64,000 bases of DNA from Spizellomyces punctatus DAOM BR117 (lineage: Eukaryota). Below the pieces are notes generated by a model, which had not been told where the DNA came from, made no database searches, and was given only the letters and a program-made list of their open reading frames with translations. The position numbers and the translations under genes are program-made. Location of the stretch: NCBI GenBank assembly GCA_000182565.2, contig KQ257450.1; one strand, written 5' to 3'. Of this stretch, positions 10,636 through 21,320 are shown in pieces (position 1 is the stretch's first letter; each line of letters begins with the position of its first letter).

Positions 10636-12071
10636 TGCGCTGTTTCGTATATTTGCCAAAAGTAAAACTTTCTCTTTGCTTTGCACAGATATGCAGATCA
10701 GGTTTCGCTATACGGAGGGGAATGAATTCCCAGAAACACCCCGCCTTTTTATACTGTTTGGAAAACCCCATAGCATTCCCCCCAATGGAGAACTTAGAAC
10801 CACACAAAAACCTCAGAGAACTTCCAATGACAGAACGTGAGTAGACAAGTCGAAAAACGCATTCATCGGCACAATTTCGGAAGCAAGGCGGGGGTGGAGA
10901 CTAATTCCGTTTCCAACTTCCGGGCTGAGCTTAATTACATACATCCCACCAACGAAAACGTGCCATATCCTCCGGTCCTCCGTTACTCTCAACCACTCAC
11001 CTCTCTCACATCCCTCTCACCCTTTCAATGATTGTATACAAGCATGGTTCCGATGTCCTCGCATGAGGACATCTGCCCATGAGGAACGGTTCCGATGTTA
11101 ATATAGCCCAATACCCATGTTCCCAATTACCTGCCGCTGAGCAAAAGAAAGCCAAGCTCTATTACTAATAGAATATCATCTACACTCAGTTGTTCGGGGG
11201 CAAGGTACAACTTGCAACACACCTTTATGGGGCGGGGTTCTTTATTGTGGCATTTGATCAGTCGGCTGAGTAGACCAAAGCTGTTAAAGCGCGTTCTTCT
11301 AAAGTGTTCTCCCCTTGAAAAGGTTGAGGTCCCCGTGGGCATTTCATTTTGCTGCCCTGAAGATTATACAACAAATCTGTAAGCATGATAGGGGGTTGTT
11401 TGTGGGCGTGGACCATTGAATCGCAAATATTATTCGACGTTAAACAGATAGATTGCCGATGGAGCAATAAGAGCTGCTTTTACGAACACACGCACATCGC
11501 GTGCTGCTTACAAGTACTTTGAACTGCGCCTCTTTGTGTACATAAGCACGACAGGTGGGTCCTACAACCCTCCTTGTTGTCGACAAAGGAAATGAACAAG
11601 CCCACAAACCTTTTGCTGTGTTTCATTTGAAAAGAGGGTAAATCTGCTCCACCCATCGGAACAGATGACTGAATGCTAGATAGATGGGTTCCCAATGGAT
11701 TATTTGTCTTGTGTTCAAACGGCAATACCACTCCTTCACTGTTATTTACAGTCACCCTCTGGGGCTACACGGCAACCCAGATTGCAACCATGCTTAGAAC
11801 GTGAGTAGCAGTAACCGAGTGGTACATGCCCCATTATGTACAAAGATTGTAAATGCGTGTTGGTCAATCAAAGATCTATTATACTAATAGAAAGCCAGAG
11901 AAATACCACACACAAATCCCGATAAAATGCATATATATAAAAAAAGAAAATAGGAGACCCTGGTTTGCACCATGTTTTGGATCATGTCTCATAGGTCGCA
12001 CATCGGTAGCAAAAGGGTCCGTAGGCCTAGCGGACGCTTCCAGTGTATCCAGCGCCGCAGTATGTTGTCGA

Positions 12072-13265
12072 TCAGGTTACGATTGAAACTGCCAGACTAC
12101 TTTCTCTTCTGCGGCGCTTCCGGACTTGTTCGACATAATCTTCCAAAACCAGCTCCTCTCCTAAGATCTCATGTCGCTTTCTTACTTGCTTCTTCAGTAC
12201 GCTCTTGTGCGCGGCCTTGCGTTGGACTTTTTACCAGTACTCATTCCAAGCAATGTCGGTGCCCTTTTTGAATCGCAGGATTTGGTCCACAATAGCCTTC
12301 ATCCGCTCACGTTTCTTTTGGCTGCAGAAACGATCTTTTGCAAAGATCTTGTGCAGCATTTCGGCGGAAGCAGTGAGATCCGTTAGCGCCGCTTCGGGCC
12401 CTTGATTCTCACACTTGAACTTTTGTAGATAGTTTTTGGTGGAAAAACTTTGGTTGTAGCTTTGGTTGTAGTGGACGATCCTTGCCAGATAGTGCATCTG
12501 TGCTGGTCGATTGTTCACTACGCCGGAAGCAGTAGGAAGCATAGAGGAGAACAACAAAACGGAAAAAGAGCGAGGTCAGTAAGACTATTCTTATGAAAGG
12601 AAAACGGATACAGGAGTAGGGAAGCCATGAATCCAGTAGAACGAGACTAACTCCAGAATCCTTCGTGAATCGCATCGGAAGCACGAACAGAAACGTAGCG
12701 TCAATTTTTCTCACAATATGGAGAGGTGCCGTGAAAAATAGCACATCGAAACGACGAGGATACGACATGATGCCATGAACCCAGTAGTACGAGACTAACT
12801 CCAGATTCCATCGTGAATCGCTTTGGAACCACGACGGAAACGGAGCGTCGATTTTTCTCCATACCAGAGCCGTACCCTCAGGCAGTCACGCTGCGCAGCA
12901 TTGGCAGTTAGATCCACCCGCCGACTATTACACAGTAGTCGATAAATTCATCTCCCAGAGCAAAATGCACGAACGCCAGCCGGTATGAGACAGCATGCAA
13001 GCGAGTCGTATGCTCACGTCTAAACGTCGAGGATCCGCCCACAGGCATACCATCAGTTTTATCCCCCCATAGGGGGGCCATACCCTCAGACCTCCTTTCT
13101 GCACGCCTGCAGGGGAATCAAGTCCGCCATCAAGCACCCAAGGTGCGATCCGATGCGCTCGGTACCTTTCGCGTCTGCGAGCAAGGGCCCATTTTCTCCT
13201 TTCCAAAAGTCCTTTGATGTACCTTCATCATCGATAGGCGCATTCTCTTCTTCTATCCCCAACAT
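12072..13265 (-). pseudogene. Probable degraded multi-exon gene of unknown family with an in-frame stop
   Basis: Candidate ATG 13265 (MLGIEEENAPIDDEGTSKDFWKG) and GT-AG intron-like segments. The frame ...GTDIAWNEYW*KVQRKAAHKSVLKKQVRKRHEILGEELVLEDYVEQVRKRRRRE continues as helical, protein-like sequence past TAA at 12231-12233. Confidence 0.35.
12624..12859. repeat. Imperfect direct repeat, two ~88 bp copies (12624-12712 and 12772-12859)
   Basis: gccatgaatccagtagaacgagactaactccagaatccttcgtgaatcgc... versus gccatgaacccagtagtacgagactaactccagattccatcgtgaatcgc...; both end in atttttctc; offset 148 bp. Confidence 0.85.
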
Positions 13266-14613
13266 TGTTCTGTCAGTGTGGTGGAAAAGGAACGCGAGAT
13301 GAAACGTGGGAGAAACACAGGCACGTCCATTTTATAGTGCGAAAGGAGCGTCCGTAGGTAAGCAGTCCGTCGACGTGCGCGAAAATGGCAAGTCCGAAAG
13401 CATCAAGTCCGAAAACGCGAGCAAACAGTCCGACCACCGCCGTCAGGCCCGCCCATGAACTTCTGCATGTCCTGTATGTCCTTTGACGTTATTTTTGTTT
13501 TTTCCATGGCAAACTCTACCAAAAAAAACCTTTAACGTCTTGCCAAGGATGGCTGTCACCCTTGCGCTACGGATCCCTTTCTGAAATACTACATGACCCC
13601 TTTACTTATACTTGACCCCATTACTTCAGAAACAAAATAAACAAACGTAGTTAGGCTAATTGTCAGGAAGTTACACCGAAATGACGCTTATTCTGTTGGA
13701 AGGTCGGGAACTTGGTCCTTCTAGAGAAGGTTCAATGTAATTTGTAACATACGGGTTCCTCAGTGTGACGGCCATAGTGTGCCATATATCTGAACCCTCG
13801 AAAGCAAGGGAACTTGGGATACAGAAACCCTTTTTAAACATGACTGGTATTGTTTCGGGATTGGGTAAAATGTGAGGCCTAGTATAGCGGGATGGTGGCT
13901 CACAACGTGCATACCCGAACCAAACCCCATGAAAATCATTGAAAAGAATTAGGGTCATGCTTAATGGGCTATCTAAAAATATCAGGTTGGAAGTGTCCTC
14001 ATCGATAGACGCCTGGCATCGAAAGACATGGCAAGTCCTCATGGCTTTGTTGGTTGACATGACACTTCCACAGCGTTGCCGTGGCCGATGAGAGTCCTTA
14101 TAGGCTCTGAAGTGACTCCTATACGTGCAAAAGCATGCGTTGGGTCGACGTGAGCTGCAACGGTGATGAGCGCCCTGGTAAGTTACCAATTTAGTGGGTT
14201 GCTGTCAACTCGAATACGCCTGTTGCTATATTTAACAAGGATTTTGATGCCAGAATACGTCTGGATTTTTGATAGATGGGGATCCCGGATACGTGATCCA
14301 TCCGTTTTCCTCCTTCAAAATCCCAAAAGCTGTTCTTTTGTTGTTAAAAATAGAATCACATCAATTGACGTTTTTCATATTTCTAATAATGTATCTCTCC
14401 ATCGATCCGCTATTCTTACGCACTTTTAATTTGAAGTCCTGTCAAATTGCTGGATTTTTTTTTTTCCATACGCTGTTCGGGTACCCTTGTAACCGAGAAG
14501 TATAAGTACGGGTCCCCTCTACCACCTTGCGCCCTTTCCAAACCTAAGCATCCTTTCACACATCCTCTGTGTTTTTGTGGAGTACCATAACGTCTGCATT
14601 TGCTCCCGTAACC

Positions 14614-16101
14614 ATGATGAGCGAAAACGTCCGGGTGGCCATCGTTGATGACAACCCCATCATGCAACAGATTATGGTGGTATGTATGTCTTTTTGTGCG
14701 GTAGCGACACGAATAGGCCTTGACATGGTATCTCTGGTTTGCAGAAAGCACTACACAAGTACATGCACGTACGAGTTGCACCGGAGGATGTGTTCACCGA
14801 CGGGTTGTCCCTCCTTAAAGCTTTGGCGATGTGGCGGTATGATTTGATTCTACTTGATATTGGTATGTAGTTTTCCTGTTCATCCAGGATGGAGTTCATC
14901 GCATTATTTCTCATGCTGATGCTGTTTCCCATTAACAGAAATGCCTATCATGGACGGTCTGCAAGCAACACTTCGCATCCGCAACCCAGTAGAAGACCCT
15001 GCCAACGCCTCGGTGTGGACCAACCTTCGCAACTCAGTGTTAAATAGCAGCGGTCGCAGCTCCGAGTGCTCTCGCAGTACGCGCCCCGCAACACCTTCAC
15101 CGACTGTTCGGCAAATGCGGTATGCTCTCACGTCTGTTGGGTCCGGTACCGCTCCCGAGATCAACAACGACGTTGCGTTCAGGATATTGGAGGAAAACAG
15201 GACCGTTCCGATCGTTGCCATTACTGCCAATGCTTTCCTCGACGAACAGCGACGACACTGTATGTCGGTGGGAATGAATGACGTTGTTTCCAAGCCCATT
15301 ACCCCAGAAGCCATCAAAGATATCATGCGAAGATATTTAGACTCGGACCATTTTCACATGCGGTTAAGCGTAGACGACTTGGCTGAATTGGTTGAACCGA
15401 GGGAACAAGAGAGGTGTCCAAGACGGGATCGAAACGGGCAGGCAAACGAACGGTCGAATGGGTCTGAGCATACCGTCGAGGATCGTCCAATAGCGTTTCA
15501 TGCCTCGCTACCCCGGAACGTGGGTAAAAAACTACCTCCGCTCATGCGAACAGCCATGTCTACGCAAAATGTGCTGGGACACCGCGCACCATCAACCGAA
15601 TCAACAACACACATATCGAGCCTTCATAGCGATTCCGAAGGCCGTTTTCGTTCTCAGAATATAGCGGGGCGGTCCTACGACAGTGATGATTCGACAGCAG
15701 ACAGACTTTCCAGTCAATCCCTATCAACTCGCTCAACAACTACCTCTCTATACCTTGACCCAGATGGCAGCCTGTCCCGTCCCCAGGAAAAAATCGCACA
15801 AAACGTTTCCAATCCATCACTTCGTCGACACGCCTCGGAGAGTATAAAATCTACCTTATACGGTGACCCTGAAGGTCGGTTTCGCCCAAGTCCAGCTGCT
15901 AAACACCGTTCTGATGAGACTACGGAACCCATTCGGCGTCCGTCTCCGCCGGCGGAGGCGCATCCCTCTGCCGATGTTGGTCGTTTGGGCTGTGGAGTGG
16001 CAAGTGGAGGTGGATCCATTCGACGAGCTTCGAGTGTGAGTCGAAAGTCGCAGGTGGGCCGACCGGTGGTACCTGACCGGGATGTGAATGCTGTGCAATG
16101 A
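14614..16101 (+). CDS. Stand-alone response-regulator receiver (REC) protein with Ser/Arg-rich tail, 3 exons
   Basis: MMSENVRVAIVDDNPIM | KALHKY..YDLILLDI | EMPIMDGLQATLRIR ... VPIVAITANA ... VSKP. Acidic pocket DD, phospho-acceptor Asp, Thr and KP are all present. GTATGT donors at ~14680 and ~14863. Confidence 0.88.
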
Positions 16102-16769
16102 GGATTACTGGGTGGTAAACTTTTGGATTATGGACACTGGGTGATGGGAACTGTACACTTTATTTTTCTGCTAGATACTTCTTTTTTTAGTTCGTTTTTT
16201 TGGTTCGTTTTGTTCAGACAACGTTGGATTTTTTTTTTTTTCTTTTCTTTGCGACTCTTCTATGACCAAAACTCAAATATATACCTGGTAGTTTTCTTGG
16301 AGGATCATTACGGGTTCACTATAACGTCTGACTTTATCTCTTTGAGTTTTACTCCTGGCTTCACTTACCATGTTGGTCACGCTCATTCAATAAACTTGAT
16401 GAGCTCGACACCTGTGATTGTCACCATCACCGCCTGCCAATACCTCTTTAAAATGAGGAGCTGTGTAAATCTATGCTTCTCCAAACTGCGGTTCAGCGTG
16501 GTCAAGGTTAACAATGAGAAATTCCGGCCCTACAATGGTCTCATGAAAATCTGTGCGTCGGTAGCTGAGCCCACAGCGCCTGGCTCTCAATTTTAGAACG
16601 CTCATCCATTGCTTCACTGCGCTTTTCACCATATACAGCAAGATATCATTGTTTCTTTGTAGAGCAGTTTGTTCAAATTTGAATGCATGTCATACGTATA
16701 ACGAATTGCAATGAAACGATAAACATTGTGAATCCATATATGGACGATCGTGCTCAAAGGTGGGATCCT

Positions 16770-17948
16770 TTACTTGATATCCACCAATACACATCCAGCA
16801 GAATAGAGTGTGGTCGTCGAAGGTTCGTTTCCATAAGCTGCCACTACATCAGAATAACCAAAATTACTTGGTTGAGATATCCAATGTACGGTGAAACTTT
16901 TTGCTTTATAGGATTCCTTGAAGTATGAAGCATCCGGTTCCCGTTCGTATAATTCGTGACCATCGTTGAAACCGCCCCAAGGAATGTACATGAAAGTATC
17001 ATCTTCGTCTTCGTCGCAACCCTCTGCTTTTGCAACCAGATACTTTTTAACAACTACCGGAGTTGTCGATTCCCTTTTTAACAGTTTGATCGTGTTAAAA
17101 GTCACCAGATCACGACCTTTCATTGGAGAACCGGCTACGTAAATGTGCTCCAACGGGAAACCAATAGTTCCTTTGAATCCATGACGGATAAGCTCTTCCA
17201 TTGTCGTAAGGAGTTTTTCATCAGTGGGTGAAACTTTATCTGCAATCCCAACAGTGTCGCCTTCGTAGAGATTGTAAGTCAGAGTGATTCGATTGCCAGA
17301 TGTGACTTTTTCCACTTTGTGGGTGCAATCAGAATAGAACGCAAACCATTGAATATAACCCTCCTGTATGGCAGCGTTACCATACTGCAGGACCTGCTTT
17401 TTGTGTCGAACGACGAAGTTCCCTCCTGTGTATGGTTGATTCAGAACAAGTACGAGTGATCCAAACATGCCGTTGCCTCTAGGTGTGTCCTTGTGTGACT
17501 TGAAGAAGCCTCCTTCCTGATAGACGTTCAATTTGTAGAGTTCCGCTTGTAAGGCGTGTTTAGAATGGGGCAAGAGTACTTCTTTGATAGTATGTAGAAT
17601 ATCAGTTTCGGAAAGTTGGAAGGAACTGGCAAATTTGTCGGCATCCATCTTTAAAGCTTTCCGATAAGATTCGTCCATGACTTCTGTCTTTCCTACTCCG
17701 AATGTGGCTGGTTGGCATGAATCGACAAGTTCCTTCAGGTCATTATTCGGAAGGGTCACGGTTCTGATAGTTTTTGATTCCTCAGAGTCGGGTGAGTTGG
17801 ATTCGTAGTAAATACGGATGGGATCCTTTAGTTTGATGGCCCCGGCACATGCAAACGTTGATTTTTGGCTTATGAATGCTAAACGAACATTATTAAGAAG
17901 GTCTGTAGTCTTCTCATTATCGCTCATGTCCATCTCATCGTCGCTCAT
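16770..17948 (-). CDS. 2-oxoglutarate/Fe(II)-dependent dioxygenase (prolyl-4-hydroxylase-like fold)
   Basis: Single ORF. LYKLNVYQEGGFFKSHKDTPRG..MFGSLV gives the HxD; FYSDCTHKVEKVTSGNRITLTYNL gives the distal His and the 2OG-binding Arg. Confidence 0.9.
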   Translation of the reverse strand: MSDDEMDMSDNEKTTDLLNNVRLAFISQKSTFACAGAIKLKDPIRIYYESNSPDSEESKTIRTVTLPNNDLKELVDSCQPATFGVGKTEVMDESYRKALKMDADKFASSFQLSETDILHTIKEVLLPHSKHALQAELYKLNVYQEGGFFKSHKDTPRGNGMFGSLVLVLNQPYTGGNFVVRHKKQVLQYGNAAIQEGYIQWFAFYSDCTHKVEKVTSGNRITLTYNLYEGDTVGIADKVSPTDEKLLTTMEELIRHGFKGTIGFPLEHIYVAGSPMKGRDLVTFNTIKLLKRESTTPVVVKKYLVAKAEGCDEDEDDTFMYIPWGGFNDGHELYEREPDASYFKESYKAKSFTVHWISQPSNFGYSDVVAAYGNEPSTTTLYSAGCVLVDIK

Positions 17949-18089
17949 GTTTGCCTTTGTCAAAAGTCAAGCGAGGAAAAGCATGCAAAATCTACAAAGA
18001 TCTCATACCACTTTGAATCGATGATTTCTACTTTTTGATTGTTGTTCTTGATGGGCGACCTATTGATAGATTTTGATTTCGCTTGTAAG

Positions 18090-18745
18090 AGCCAGAGCGA
18101 GAGGATTTAGGAAAATCGACGTTGTCCCGTTTTATAGAGGAAGAACATGAGCGATGTGGCGCATCATCCTGGTCCATCCCAACAAGGTGTCTTTCCAAAA
18201 CAAAAGACATGTAAGAAACACTTTGATCCAGGACGGAAAATAGATGCCATGGCGATCCTTCCTTGCAAACGGCGTCCATGTCACTATCTTAAGGGCGACC
18301 ATGGGTACCGGAAAGGAGTTCTATTGATAGATAAATCTGTAGTCGTCATATATGAATTGTTCAAGTTATTCTTGGGCCTTGACCCTAGCATGGATATTCT
18401 GGGCATCGTCTGCTTGTGGGCAATTTGTTTGCTTTTCAGCTGGCGTCAAGCTTTCGACGTCACCGGCGGTCTTCTCCTCAGTGGCAAGGGTAGTTTAAAA
18501 TAGCTAACCTACGACTTTTGTCCGCGCCTCGATGGCAAAAATAGTCTTTCACCGCTTGAGGACTCCATGGAACACAGGTGAAACCTCTGCGGTCTTTGCC
18601 ACCTTGTCCATAATCGTTATACAACTCATGCAAGTCTTGGACAAGCCTGGATGCGCCGTTATCAGCCCACACTAGTAGCCCGATCTCGACCGTTCACACT
18701 CTGAGTAGTAAATTCTTTGCCAACCCAAGCATTTTATAGACCAAG
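18090..18745 (-). pseudogene. Possible decayed coding relic, family unknown
   Basis: Protein-like frames are interrupted by in-frame stops, e.g. HARVKAQE*LEQFIYDDYRFIYQ*NSFPVPMVALKIVTWTPFARKDRHGIYFPSWIK (stops at 18366-18368 and 18321-18323). Confidence 0.25.
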
Positions 18746-19139
18746 TACACCTGCAGCATAATAAAGCACTATAGCCTAATAATAAGCACCATAAAATCCC
18801 CAAATCCTAACCCTAGGGAGATGCATAGTGTGTAGGCAAAGCTCTATCAAAAAAACACATAACAAAAAACGCAAACGAATTCAGAATGAAGTCTTAACAA
18901 GGTGAAGGAGGCGAGTTCGAATCTCGGTCGAAACCTCTGCGAGCACACGTGTTATTCGGGGTCCCCCCCTTTTTAGACTTCTCTAGACTTTCATTTAAAC
19001 AACTGATCGGCGGCTCTAACCAACTACCAAGTCTCGTTTCCCAGTGGTAAAACGAGAGGACTTGCGACTTGGTCGAGAACTCCATGGCCCAGACAAAACA
19101 GTGTTTTTAAGACTGTAAGACTCTCGACTCTGCTATTCA

Positions 19140-19158
19140 ACACACACACACACACACA
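19140..19158. repeat. (CA)9 microsatellite
   Basis: acacacacacacacacaca upstream of the WD40 gene. Confidence 0.9.
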
Positions 19159-19312
19159 TATTGCATCTCCAGAGTATTTAAGTGTTTTATGTGTTTGTAT
19201 ACAGGGATGAATAACAACCGCAGAGGGCTGAGGATCTTGCCTCCTTTGTTCCCACCGTGTCCTGCGGGACACACAACAGCCTTTGCAGCAACAATCGTCT
19301 CTCATCACGGGG

Positions 19313-20527
19313 ATGCATGCATCTCCTCGAAAGAGCCGGCGATTCGCTTTACCTACTCATCCTCAAGCCACTGACGTTGCTGACGCGGTCACAGTCGTTT
19401 CTCATACGGGGAGTCTCTTGGTTGCAGGTACCATAGACGGGCGTGTGGTCGCCTGGGACGTGCATACTGGGCAACTCGTTTGTTCAATACCATCGTACTC
19501 TGAGAAACAGACGATGGTAACCTGCCTATTCGGAATCGGTATTCCTGGCTTTGAGCGCTGCTTTGCTGGTAAGGCAGATGGAACGGTCTCTGAGTATGAT
19601 CTGCAAAGTGGTCAGCTGGTCTCTACGTGCGGTTATTATGAATCTCGGGTCCGCTGCTTAACTTACGATGTACGAGCTAGAAAATTGTTGGTGGGAACAG
19701 GTGAGGGACGAGTAGCAGAAGTGGATGTACGAAAACATAATCCTGGCCGAGTGGGAAGATATCTGGAGAAGTTCCCACAACAGGAAATTGGTGCAATGTG
19801 CTTTCATAAAGGGCGGCTATACATTGCTGTCGGCTGCACAATTGTTTGTCGACCGAACTCTACAAGGTCGACCTACCCATTGCAACATGCCGCTATAATT
19901 GATGCCATGTGCATCGCAATGGGCGACAAGAATTTCCTTTGTAGCGCGGCAAGGGACGGTTCAATATGTCTGTGGCGATTTAGTGGGCAGGATTTGATTT
20001 GCGTAGCGTCCGCTTTTGCCCGCTCTCCCAGCGCAATCAAACAAGTTTCGCTTCTGCGGATGAATTTAACATGGGATGAGAGCCGTGAGCGGTTGTACAG
20101 TTTGCGACATGACGGTATCGTCAATGAATGGAAAATCGGCGTGACCAGCAACGAGGACAGCAAAGTGGCATTATCGTGCACATCAACATATATGACACGG
20201 CAATGTCATGCCGAACAGATCTACTCTCGTTTCTCGCCTTCATTACCACCTCCACCAATATGCAGCGCTGTCGGCCGTTTATTCACCAAGGATACTGGTT
20301 GCGTTGTAGAGTTGGAGCATGTAAACAGACAACCGTTGGACTGGAGCGGGAAGGAGCAGGAGGAGTCGATCAATGACGTCCTCAATGCACAAGTACGAGT
20401 CGATGGCGGTGTTCTCGATGCCCAAGTACGAGTATCTCTGGATGACGATAAGACGCCCGTACGTGTCTCCCTGGAGGATGATGGAGAACATCAGTATGTT
20501 TTCATTAGTGCAAGGATCAAGGATTGA
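19313..20527 (+). CDS. WD40/beta-propeller protein
   Basis: Single ORF with WD-like blades LLVAGTIDGRVVAWDVHTG, AGKADGTVSEYDLQSG, LCSAARDGSICLWRF. First ATG at 19313. Confidence 0.8.
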   Translation: MHASPRKSRRFALPTHPQATDVADAVTVVSHTGSLLVAGTIDGRVVAWDVHTGQLVCSIPSYSEKQTMVTCLFGIGIPGFERCFAGKADGTVSEYDLQSGQLVSTCGYYESRVRCLTYDVRARKLLVGTGEGRVAEVDVRKHNPGRVGRYLEKFPQQEIGAMCFHKGRLYIAVGCTIVCRPNSTRSTYPLQHAAIIDAMCIAMGDKNFLCSAARDGSICLWRFSGQDLICVASAFARSPSAIKQVSLLRMNLTWDESRERLYSLRHDGIVNEWKIGVTSNEDSKVALSCTSTYMTRQCHAEQIYSRFSPSLPPPPICSAVGRLFTKDTGCVVELEHVNRQPLDWSGKEQEESINDVLNAQVRVDGGVLDAQVRVSLDDDKTPVRVSLEDDGEHQYVFISARIKD

Positions 20528-21320
20528 CACTCGAATAATCAGAAGGCTGACCACTCGAACGTGAAAATCGACCTTTACCAGACCAGTTTTTCCTGGTTTA
20601 CTTCAGTATCCGGAGCTCCCATGGGTGCAACTCAGGATCCGAAATTCTCATTCGCCAGACTTACCAATGCTACTCCTCAATGGAGATTAGGTTGTTTCTT
20701 GGTAGAGTGTTTACTGTATGCAATCCAACCAAATGCCAACGCCAAGTGTAGCTATATAGAGGGGGTGAATAAACGGCTGGACTGCAGGGGTTTTGGTAAA
20801 CCACATTGGGCAAAGCTCGGCAAGGGCCGTGGTGGAACTAAGTTTAGATAATCATTGAACGAGCAACAAATAGAGAATGTCCTTTCTTATGGTTCAAACA
20901 CGAACGAAGGGTATTTGAGCACTTTGAACATCAACCTGTGCGTCGAACGATCACTTTCCTGGGCAAAGCTCATCGCCGATTTACTAGTAACTGCTTTCGC
21001 ATCGGAGGCAGTTGCTCCTTCAAATCCAGGGAAAACCCCCAAGACCAACGCTCCAGGCCACCGGCCACATCCAGGCCTGGCCACGGCACACCATTTGGAG
21101 TCACGTGTTCTCCCTGAAATCTGCACAGCGAGGGAAAAGTTTAGAAGCCGCGTCGATCGTAGTCGACACGCCCCGTTTGGAAGGATTATTTTGGGGCTGT
21201 CCACCTCCGTTCCCCCGCCTTGTTAGATAAGACCTCAACGGACGCTGTTTCTCATCTCTTGCACTGCTCAAGATCGCAAGAAGGCGCACTGCATTTTCAT
21301 TTCCTTCAACGTCGCGGGGG

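Noticed and set aside
12624..12859. CRISPR-like repeat-spacer
   Set aside because: Only two imperfect ~88 bp copies, eukaryotic context and no cas genes. No CRISPR array was seen anywhere in the window.
13498..13514. RFX X-box-like tttccatggcaaac
   Set aside because: Imperfect match and not adjacent to either ciliary gene.
13671..14189. 172 aa minus-strand ORF
   Set aside because: Non-ATG start, no recognisable motif and atypical composition.
16770..17948. 2OG-Fe(II) dioxygenase as a TET partner of the DNMT
   Set aside because: Its motifs (LYKLNVY..HKDTPR..MFGSLV) fit the P4H-like family rather than TET/JBP, and it lies ~15 kb away.
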